From positions 1 through 50,244 of the IMG/VR virus record IMGVR_UViG_3300002307_000073: 50,244 bases of DNA. One strand, given 5' to 3'. The notes beneath the pieces were generated by a model that searched no databases, was not told where the DNA came from, and was given only the letters and a program-made list of their open reading frames with translations. The number at the start of each line of letters is the position of its first letter. Position 1 is the stretch's first letter. Shown here one piece after another: positions 29,912 through 37,393 of the stretch. The stretch is from a virus (taxonomy: Duplodnaviria; Caudoviricetes). Both the position numbers and the translations under genes were made by a program.

Positions 29912-30301
29912 CTATCGTATTCTTTCTAAAAGTAAATCTACACTGACTGGAGTAGTTGAATTCTCTAAATAAAATTGAACTGTTGCTGTCAAAGAATTTT
30001 CATCAGGATTGCTTTTAACATTAACTGTCAAATTTGAAACTCTTGGTTCAAAAGCAGTTATGACATCATATATTTCTCTTTGAACTATGTTTGCTGTTAT
30101 TGATGTCATTGGTTCAAATAACATCTTTGAAACATTTGATCCTATTTCAGATTGAAACAATCTTTCATAATGGTTTGTTAATACCAAATTCTTAACTGAG
30201 CGAATTACTGCCTTTTCATTAATACTCAAGACCAAATCCTTCTTTGAAGGATGGATCTTAAACATTAAATCTAAATCTGAATGGAATGTTTGTGTTTTCA
30301 T
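29912..30301 (-). CDS. gp25: Baseplate wedge subunit gp25
   Basis: SDLDL.F..HP..KDL...AV.RSVKNLVLTN.YER.F...IGS...LFE...FEPRV; lies between gp5 and gp6. Confidence 0.92.
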   Translation of the reverse strand: MKTQTFHSDLDLMFKIHPSKKDLVLSINEKAVIRSVKNLVLTNHYERLFQSEIGSNVSKMLFEPMTSITANIVQREIYDVITAFEPRVSNLTVNVKSNPDENSLTATVQFYLENSTTPVSVDLLLERIR

Positions 30302-30312
30302 TATACTATTTA

Positions 30313-31158
30313 TTAGTAGTGATAACCTATGTCGTCGGTATGAATACCCTTTGTGGTATGCTTGAGCATTTGAATGTCTTCAAGAATTTCAGTAACCGCC
30401 TTATTATGAATCATTTTTGTTTTGGCAGTAATATAGACATTTTTTTCTCCAGTGAGATATAAATCATTTGCGGCATACAATCTAACATCACCATTTGGTT
30501 TCAATTCCAAAAAACTTCCGGTTCTATGGAGAAGAGTAATTCTTTCTGCTCCTGGACTATCATCATAATCAATATAATGTCCAGATTCTGTCATAACGGA
30601 ACAATTATATGGATATTTCGCAGCATAAAATGGTTTTTCTGATGCTACAATTTGACCATTAGCGGATGCTCCACCTAATGGGGTTTTGTCTATATTTTCA
30701 TTTCTTGCCAACCTAGATGTTGTTGGTTCATCCAAATCTTTTTCATTTGGATATCTTGTTGGTTTTCCCAAATGAACTGGAATAGGTCTTTGCTTTACAT
30801 CATCATCATCACCTGGATCAGAAAATCCTTCAGTTTTTGGATATATTTTTCCAGGGATCGCCGGAATAACTCCAAAATAGAATGGAAATTGTCCATCTTC
30901 ACCATCCATAAAAAATCCAAAAACATTTTCTCCTTCTTTTGGAACATGAGTTGTTTGATATACATTGGCAGCAAATGCCGGATGTGCCCAAAGCAATTCA
31001 TCCGAGGGAATATTTTTTTTGCTTTCTGTATGCCATCCAAAACAACGAACTTGAACTCTTCCTAGTTTTAATGGATCTTTTCTTCCTTCAACAATTCCTG
31101 TCCACCAGACAAATCCATCTAACCCTGGAAAATTCTTTTTATTTTTCATCGCACTCAT
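30313..31158 (-). CDS. gp5: Baseplate central spike gp5-like (OB-fold; short, no lysozyme domain)
   Basis: FVWW.G.VE.R.DPLKLGRV.VR.FGWH...L.WA...V.GFFMDG..Q.P and YPYN...TESGH...DDSPG.ERI..HRTG.F.E. Confidence 0.85.
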   Translation of the reverse strand: MSAMKNKKNFPGLDGFVWWTGIVEGRKDPLKLGRVQVRCFGWHTESKKNIPSDELLWAHPAFAANVYQTTHVPKEGENVFGFFMDGEDGQFPFYFGVIPAIPGKIYPKTEGFSDPGDDDDVKQRPIPVHLGKPTRYPNEKDLDEPTTSRLARNENIDKTPLGGASANGQIVASEKPFYAAKYPYNCSVMTESGHYIDYDDSPGAERITLLHRTGSFLELKPNGDVRLYAANDLYLTGEKNVYITAKTKMIHNKAVTEILEDIQMLKHTTKGIHTDDIGYHY

Positions 31159-31169
31159 AATATTTTCCC

Positions 31170-32660
31170 TTATAGACTTGGTGGGTGATAACTATCTTTA
31201 ACAAGTTCCAAAACAGTATTAAATTCATTTTCTTGATTTAAAATATGTCTTAGAGCAGAAATTACATAATATCCAGACAAATATTGATCTTCCAAATTTC
31301 CAGCAGTAGGATCTAATCCTTTTGAAGTTTTTGTTAGTGTAACTTTAATTATCAATCCAGCAGAAATATATGGATCTCCAGGAATCATCAATTTCAATCT
31401 GTTATGTCCCAATAGTGCCATTTGAGCATATCTATATGGGACTGTGTTTTCAACATAGTTTGCCGATATATTTGGAACTTTAGATTTAATATATTTGCTA
31501 TCTTTTTGATTTGTTGTTGAAGGATAGATCTTGATAGTTGATTCTAAACTCCCAGCAACTTCTTTGTTTGTTGGTTCAAATGCTGGGACTGCGTTAAATT
31601 TTTTATTTTTATAAAAATCATATTGACCATTAAGATGTTTCCAATAATCATTATAATTAAAATCAGCATTTTCGTGCATTCTTCTGACATGATCCAGAGC
31701 AATCATTCTATTCGCATACATTCCTCTTTGTGAAGATTCCATAGTATCATAAGAATTCATAACTTCAAAGGAAATTATTTGCTCATACTGACTGTATTGA
31801 GGACTTGAATATTCAATATTTTTTGTCCCATACCAATATCCACCAGAGTCTAGTCTATTACTATTTGAATCTATTAGTGGATTCTGATACACATATTTTT
31901 CTTTATTATAAAGTCTAAATAAAATAGTATTGAAAAAATAAGCATCCCTATTTTGCCAAAACAAATATTGAGCCCCATTCTTCAAATTCCCTGGCAATAC
32001 ATTACTAATTGCTTGGGTACAGAGCCAATTGATTGCTTCAAAAGGTCTTAGTTTTGGAATAACAATATCTCTAGTTCCAAATGTTTCTTCAATTCCAACT
32101 TGAGATGGTAAAGTAACATTTCCATTCTTATCTTTTACATCTTCAACTCTTAAATTCAAATACGTTTTACAGATATCTTTAATGATATCTGATATTTTCA
32201 TTTGTTTATATGACTTGCTGATTTTTGTTTGTTCGGATAACATTAAAGTATCCGAACAAAATTGAATGGTGAAGTTTTCGTTCGTATCATTCCCCAATTT
32301 TCTACTTTTAATATTAAAAATTCTATATTTAATTGTTTCAAGTTTTTTTGACCCATTGGCACCACCAACCTCATGTTTACCAAGGGGAATTCCTCTTCCA
32401 GATGCCTTAGAATCTTCTGAGTTTGGTTTATCAATAACCAATTCTAAAATCTCATTGCCAGTCCACTTCAACTTATTTTGAAATGCTGATGAGTCGCTTA
32501 TCATTAGCGATCCAGAAACGAAATTGGAAAATATATCTTCAAAATAACTATATTCAACAACAGCATTTTTGAAATCTAATTTTTCTCCAGTTGATGATGT
32601 TATTGTACACTCTTCAACTCTTAACCCAACAACAGATTGATTTTGTAAAGAACTGCTCAT
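31170..32660 (-). CDS. Baseplate hub protein (gp27/late control D-like)
   Basis: YFEDIFS..VSG.L.I.D, ISKSY...ISDI, P.LRPF.AINWL, IPGD..AG..I, SG.Y.ISALRH; lies between gp53 and gp5. Confidence 0.7.
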   Translation of the reverse strand: MSSSLQNQSVVGLRVEECTITSSTGEKLDFKNAVVEYSYFEDIFSNFVSGSLMISDSSAFQNKLKWTGNEILELVIDKPNSEDSKASGRGIPLGKHEVGGANGSKKLETIKYRIFNIKSRKLGNDTNENFTIQFCSDTLMLSEQTKISKSYKQMKISDIIKDICKTYLNLRVEDVKDKNGNVTLPSQVGIEETFGTRDIVIPKLRPFEAINWLCTQAISNVLPGNLKNGAQYLFWQNRDAYFFNTILFRLYNKEKYVYQNPLIDSNSNRLDSGGYWYGTKNIEYSSPQYSQYEQIISFEVMNSYDTMESSQRGMYANRMIALDHVRRMHENADFNYNDYWKHLNGQYDFYKNKKFNAVPAFEPTNKEVAGSLESTIKIYPSTTNQKDSKYIKSKVPNISANYVENTVPYRYAQMALLGHNRLKLMIPGDPYISAGLIIKVTLTKTSKGLDPTAGNLEDQYLSGYYVISALRHILNQENEFNTVLELVKDSYHPPSL

Positions 32661-32661
32661 A

Positions 32662-33564
32662 TTATATCAAATTTAATATTTCTTGTCTTGCTTGTGAAAT
32701 GTAATCTTTTTTCAATATTCTTATTAATCTTTTTGATTCATTAACTTCATATTCTCTATCAAAATAAGTTACTTCGGGATACCTTCTACTAACAATATAT
32801 GTTAATTGTTCCCCATCTCCAGTTGTAATGTTACTTCTACTGGGATTACTATCTTCATACAAATTAGCATATGTATCGGCATCAACAACATAATAATTAT
32901 CTTGTGTTGGAGTAAATTGGTTACTTCTAGAATATATACTAACTCTTTTTTGATACCTATAAATAGGATCTAAATTATTAAGAGCGTATGTATATCCATC
33001 CATATAATTTATTACAGAACCAACAAATCCAGATCCAGTTCCCCCAAGATATGTATTGGATACAGAAAATGTGGTATTAGAGTCATAATTGGTTCCACCT
33101 CTAAAAACAGAAATATTTGAAACAGTATTTGAACTTACTGTTATATTAACTTTAATTTCAGTTCCTACTGTGGATATAGAAGTTGGATTTGACACATTCA
33201 ATGGAACATCTTGATATATTCCATTAACATATCCAGAACCTCCAGAATTTATTCTGACAGTCTTAACTCCATTTCTGTTGCTATATTTATCGGCAATATA
33301 TTGTTTAAAGATACTCTCACTCATTGGAAAATCAAACGTATGATCAAAAATATTATTGGTCAATAATATTATCCAATGTAATCTTTCATCATTATAATAT
33401 TTTTTGGCAATATGTTCTGGTTTGTCGTGATCTTGATAATTATAATTATAATATAATCTATCATCATTCAACCAAGTATTTCGTATCTTGATTCTTAATG
33501 ATAGATCGGTGAGAAGGCGATTTTCAAAATCTACTGTTGGAAAATATGAAAAAAAACTTGGCAT
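32662..33564 (-). CDS. gp53: Baseplate wedge subunit gp53 with an inserted domain
   Basis: FFSYFP start, D.PE.IA.KYY....HWIILL.N.I.D...FP, V.Y.D.E...NE.KR.I.IL. Confidence 0.85.
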   Translation of the reverse strand: MPSFFSYFPTVDFENRLLTDLSLRIKIRNTWLNDDRLYYNYNYQDHDKPEHIAKKYYNDERLHWIILLTNNIFDHTFDFPMSESIFKQYIADKYSNRNGVKTVRINSGGSGYVNGIYQDVPLNVSNPTSISTVGTEIKVNITVSSNTVSNISVFRGGTNYDSNTTFSVSNTYLGGTGSGFVGSVINYMDGYTYALNNLDPIYRYQKRVSIYSRSNQFTPTQDNYYVVDADTYANLYEDSNPSRSNITTGDGEQLTYIVSRRYPEVTYFDREYEVNESKRLIRILKKDYISQARQEILNLI

Positions 33565-33566
33565 TA

Positions 33567-34520
33567 TTAATATCCTTTCTCAATATCAGATTTTTGAATT
33601 AGATCGGTTTCTTGGAAAGTTAAAACCATTCTCGTTTGTACTGGCATACCATCTTTATATGTTGACCAACCATACGGCGCATAATCTAAAGTATAATTTC
33701 TAAGTACGCAAGTTTTTATTTGATGAATGTTTGTATTCCTTTGTCCTTTGTGGATAAATTCTATATCAAATGTTGACGGAGCAATAAAGAATGCACCAGC
33801 AAAAAAATTTGCTTCTGGGTGAGAATGAAATCTAAATGCTCTTATGATATTTTTAACAGAGTTTGATTCATCCTCATTTCTTGGAGTAAAATAGAATTCA
33901 TATTGAAAGGTTCTTGGATCAATACCTCTAAAAAGAACTAATAACTGTGGATTCATTGCGAATCCAGCAATACTACCAACGTTCTTACCAAAAGTATCAA
34001 CGCCAACAGCAGCCTTACCAATAGCGGTAGATACAGACCTTAGAGCGTTCATTGCCTTTGCTTTCAAACTGCTACTACCAGAAGAAATTCCAGCTCCCTT
34101 AGAATTTGTTGCTCCCTTTGACATTTTTTCACCAAGTTGTAATAGACTTGAATTTTCCCATTCAATACTTTGAGATGTCTGCATAGTATCAGGAATATAT
34201 AAAGAAATTGCTTGACTAATTCTATCATATGCCATTCTTTGTGCTGCGGTCCCCCAACTAGTTGTTGGACTTCCATTTTCATCTAAAGCAACATATGTTG
34301 ATGGTGCCCCACCATATGTGAAAGATGTTCCCTTATAATAGTCGCTTGCTCTATGAACATTTATATAAAAATTTATATAATGTCCTTGGAAGATATCATG
34401 TCCGATATCTTGTGGATATTTCAAACTAGTAAAATCATACGGGGCAGTTAGATATGGAAATGGTAAATTTCCAGTTAATTCTGCTAGTGGGGGAGTACCT
34501 GGAATAGTTGGTTGTGCCAT
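33567..34520 (-). CDS. gp48: Baseplate tail tube cap gp48
   Basis: LKYP.D, ISLYIPD, NP...LF.G...R.F.Y.F.F.PRN..E...I..F..HSHP, DG.PV...L.F.E. Confidence 0.85.
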   Translation of the reverse strand: MAQPTIPGTPPLAELTGNLPFPYLTAPYDFTSLKYPQDIGHDIFQGHYINFYINVHRASDYYKGTSFTYGGAPSTYVALDENGSPTTSWGTAAQRMAYDRISQAISLYIPDTMQTSQSIEWENSSLLQLGEKMSKGATNSKGAGISSGSSSLKAKAMNALRSVSTAIGKAAVGVDTFGKNVGSIAGFAMNPQLLVLFRGIDPRTFQYEFYFTPRNEDESNSVKNIIRAFRFHSHPEANFFAGAFFIAPSTFDIEFIHKGQRNTNIHQIKTCVLRNYTLDYAPYGWSTYKDGMPVQTRMVLTFQETDLIQKSDIEKGY

Positions 34521-34553
34521 AAAATTTTAATAAAAAATGGAATAAATACTTAT

Positions 34554-34561
34554 TATTTATA
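34554..34561 (-). promoter_or_regulatory. T4 late promoter TATAAATA for the baseplate operon (divergent AATAAATA at 34541-34548 for gp4)
   Basis: Exact consensus in the gp48/gp4 divergent intergenic region. Confidence 0.7.
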
Positions 34562-34579
34562 TCATTTTTTGGAGTAGTT

Positions 34580-35044
34580 TTGGCAGGTCACAAATATAAA
34601 CAAGGAATTTATATTCCAAAAAATCCTCAAAAATATAGAGGAGATGTCAGCAATATAATATTTAGATCTTCTTGGGAAAAAAGGGTACAGATATGGTTGG
34701 ATCAAAATGAAAATGTTATTGAGTGGTCATCAGAAGAACACGTTGTTCCATATATATCTCCTGTTGATAATAAACACCATAGATATTTTTTAGATTTCTA
34801 TGCTAAAGTTAGAAAAATGGATGGGACTATTGCTGAATATTTAATTGAAGTAAAACCATACGCTCAGACACAATCTCCGATTCCAAAATCAAGAGTAACA
34901 AAAAATTATATTAATGAAGTTTGTACTTGGGGTGTAAATTCTGCCAAATGGAAAGCGGCGCAAGAATTTTGTAAGAAACGTGGTTGGGAATTTAAGATTC
35001 TAACCGAGAATGAACTTTTCGGCAAAAAACCAAAGAATAAATAG
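34580..35044 (+). CDS. gp4: Head completion nuclease gp4 (TnsA-like)
   Basis: P.NP.KY.GD...I..RSSWE...W.SEE..VPY.SP.D...HRYF.DF...EVKP..QT..P...N.AKW.AA; TTG start. Confidence 0.92.
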   Translation: MAGHKYKQGIYIPKNPQKYRGDVSNIIFRSSWEKRVQIWLDQNENVIEWSSEEHVVPYISPVDNKHHRYFLDFYAKVRKMDGTIAEYLIEVKPYAQTQSPIPKSRVTKNYINEVCTWGVNSAKWKAAQEFCKKRGWEFKILTENELFGKKPKNK

Positions 35045-35047
35045 TAC

Positions 35048-35788
35048 ATGGAATTTAAAAGCACAAAAGATTATTCTCAATATCATACTGTAGAATATCC
35101 AGAAGGATCGGGAAAACAATATATCTTTGATCCTTATAATTTTGGATATGGGTCTTGGGCAGTATTGACTCCCCAAGGAAAACCTGGAAAATACTTAGAG
35201 AAATCTTTACAAGCAGAATTAAATGAATTTTTCTTTAGTAGAGAAGAACTACCAAGTTTATATGAGAGATTCACTTCAGCAAGTAAAGAAGAGAGAGAAA
35301 GATTAAAAGATATTTCTATTGGATGGTTACAATTAAAAATAAAGGCAACACAAGCAAACAATTTACTTCCCAGAAATACAAAAGAAAGAACTAAACAATT
35401 TGTTCCTGGGGGAATGTATTTTTTTGTGTATGATGCCAAACATAAAAATACCTTACCAGTATGGGATAAGTTTCCATTGGTCATTGTTTTGGATAAGACT
35501 ACAGATGGTTTCTTGGGATTAAATCTTCACTATTTACAGGGACTCAATAGAGTAAGATTTTTATCACATTTGTTAAGTGATTTATCTGTATATAATAGGG
35601 CATCCGATATTTTAAGACTTCAAATAACCTATAACACATTAAAATATACTAACCAATATAAGGATTATAAAGTGTGTATAAAAAAATATTTAACGGACCA
35701 TTTAAGATCAAAAGTCTTGCCGATTGAATCGCATGAATGGAATTATGCTGCAATATTGCCCATAGAAAAATTTCAATATAAAAAGTAA
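35048..35788 (+). CDS. gp2: DNA end protector protein gp2
   Basis: G.MYFF.YDAKHK.TLP.WD.FPLV...GFLGLNLHYL...K.YL..H; AATAAATA upstream at 35036-35043. Confidence 0.88.
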   Translation: MEFKSTKDYSQYHTVEYPEGSGKQYIFDPYNFGYGSWAVLTPQGKPGKYLEKSLQAELNEFFFSREELPSLYERFTSASKEERERLKDISIGWLQLKIKATQANNLLPRNTKERTKQFVPGGMYFFVYDAKHKNTLPVWDKFPLVIVLDKTTDGFLGLNLHYLQGLNRVRFLSHLLSDLSVYNRASDILRLQITYNTLKYTNQYKDYKVCIKKYLTDHLRSKVLPIESHEWNYAAILPIEKFQYKK

Positions 35789-35793
35789 TACCA

Positions 35794-36453
35794 ATGTCAA
35801 ATATATCAACCTTTATCTCTTCGTTTAATAATACAGAACTATCAAGAGCATACAACTTTACTGTTGATATTGGGGTTCCTGGAGGAGTATTAAATCTTAT
35901 CAATAATTTTATAAGTACAGATCCAACTTCTGCTGAACTAAAAGATGCTTGGTCTGGAGTTGGTTTGGGAAGTACTTTATCTTTGAGATGCGATTCCGCA
36001 GAATTACCTGGAAGAACATTTGCTATCGTTGAACAAAAAACATACGGTCCAGTTAATAAATTTCCAGTACAAAACGCATATGATCAAATAACACTTTCAT
36101 TTTTATGTTCTGATGATATGCGAGAAAAGGTATTTTTTGATGCTTGGTTAAGTTTTATTTCCGCAAATTACTATTCCGCAATTCCTGGTATTGGAGAATC
36201 GTTTGGAAGACTTGCGTTTGACTTTGAATATAAAGATAATTATGCGACAAATATAACAGTAACCCAAAAAACATTAGATGGTAGAGATGCCTACAAATCC
36301 ATTCTAAAAGAAGCATTCCCAATTAGCGTAAATGCTATGCCATTGTCTTGGGAGGCACAAAATACAATTAACAAACTTTCAGTGACATTTGCGTTTCGTT
36401 ATTTTACTGATAATATGTTTAAAAATATAACATTACAAGTCCCATTTATATAA
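35794..36453 (+). CDS. Tail tube initiator gp54 / gp19-family protein
   Basis: L.CDSAELPG...YGP...P...Y..I.L.F...D..EK.FFD.W...Y..Y...I.V.Q...L.EAFP..V...LSW...L.V.F.F. Confidence 0.75.
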   Translation: MSNISTFISSFNNTELSRAYNFTVDIGVPGGVLNLINNFISTDPTSAELKDAWSGVGLGSTLSLRCDSAELPGRTFAIVEQKTYGPVNKFPVQNAYDQITLSFLCSDDMREKVFFDAWLSFISANYYSAIPGIGESFGRLAFDFEYKDNYATNITVTQKTLDGRDAYKSILKEAFPISVNAMPLSWEAQNTINKLSVTFAFRYFTDNMFKNITLQVPFI

Positions 36454-36483
36454 AATTTTGAAATAACCATTGAGGAAAATTGA

Positions 36484-37206
36484 ATGAATTTACCATTGAT
36501 ACAAACTCCAGTATATGAAGTTTTTCTTCCGATATTGAAAGAAAATATTAAGTTTAGACCATTTCTTGTTAAAGAACAAAAGATTCTTATGATTGCGATT
36601 CAATCTGATGAAAAAGATTTTGCCAATGAAAATCTGAAACAGATCATAAAAAACTGTTGTATATCAGAAATTGACATTGAAGAATTATCTTCCTTGGATC
36701 TTGAATTTTTCTTCTTACATTTAAGAGCAAGATCAATTGGAGAAGTTGTTGAAGCAAAATATAGATGTGAAAATAAAATATCAGATGGAGAAAGTTGTAA
36801 AAATTTAATGCCAGTTAATATCAATTTATTGGATATTGACGTTAATCTAAAAGATTATAATGATACTATAAAGATAAATGATCAAGTTGGAATTAAATTC
36901 AAATATCCAAATTTCAAAACTATTGAGAAGTTGAATGGTGATAATAACATCATTGATAAAACTTTTGATGCTATTATTGATTGTATAGATTATATTTTTG
37001 ATGATAGCAATTTCTATTATCCAAAAGAAGCAACGCATCAAGAAATGATAGATTTTATCGAATCCCTTAGTGTTGAACAATTTAAACTTATAGAAGAGTA
37101 TTTCGCAAAACTCCCAAAGGTTTCGCAAGAGTTGAAAGTAACTTGCTCAAAGTGTGGACACAAGCACTCCATAACACTAGAGGGCATTCAAAATTTTTTA
37201 GACTAA
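36484..37206 (+). CDS. gp26: gp26-like baseplate hub / putative tail assembly chaperone
   Basis: LP.I.TP.Y...I.FRPFLVKEQKIL, D.EFFFL.LRA.S.GE, C..C..K...LEG...F end. Confidence 0.85.
   Translation: MNLPLIQTPVYEVFLPILKENIKFRPFLVKEQKILMIAIQSDEKDFANENLKQIIKNCCISEIDIEELSSLDLEFFFLHLRARSIGEVVEAKYRCENKISDGESCKNLMPVNINLLDIDVNLKDYNDTIKINDQVGIKFKYPNFKTIEKLNGDNNIIDKTFDAIIDCIDYIFDDSNFYYPKEATHQEMIDFIESLSVEQFKLIEEYFAKLPKVSQELKVTCSKCGHKHSITLEGIQNFLD
37191..37200 (+). other. Tandem -1 ribosomal slippery heptamers A AAT TTT and T TTT TTA
   Basis: Both are in the correct X XXY YYZ phase of gp26 (CAA AAT TTT TTA GAC TAA); the -1 frame is the gp51-like ORF. Confidence 0.7.
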
Positions 37207-37379
37207 CCCTTGGTAATGATAATCTTGGTAATTACTATAAGATTAATTTTGTTTTAATGCAGCATCACAAATATAGTTTAACAGAGATTGAGACTATGTT
37301 ACCTTGGGAAAGAGACATTTATATTTCACAGTTGGAAAAATATATTCAAGACGAAAATGATAGAATTAATAATCATTAA
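37200..37379 (+). CDS. gp51: gp51-like baseplate hub assembly protein, probably expressed as a frameshift extension of gp26
   Basis: NYY..NF.LMQHHKYSL.EIE.M.PWERDIY...L motif. First ATG (37257) falls inside the conserved motif and has no clear Shine-Dalgarno. Confidence 0.75.
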   Translation, partial: RLTLGNDNLGNYYKINFVLMQHHKYSLTEIETMLPWERDIYISQLEKYIQDENDRINNH

Positions 37380-37393
37380 AATAGGATACTAAA

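Noticed and set aside
34580-35044. TnsA-like nuclease as a Tn7 transposon
   Set aside because: Motifs and position beside gp2 and gp48 match T4 gp4; no tnsB/C genes or transposon ends.
37143-37199. ORF-track TTG start for gp51 at 37143
   Set aside because: The N-terminal residues overlap the gp26 zinc-binding end and show no gp51-like features; a frameshift or later start fits better.
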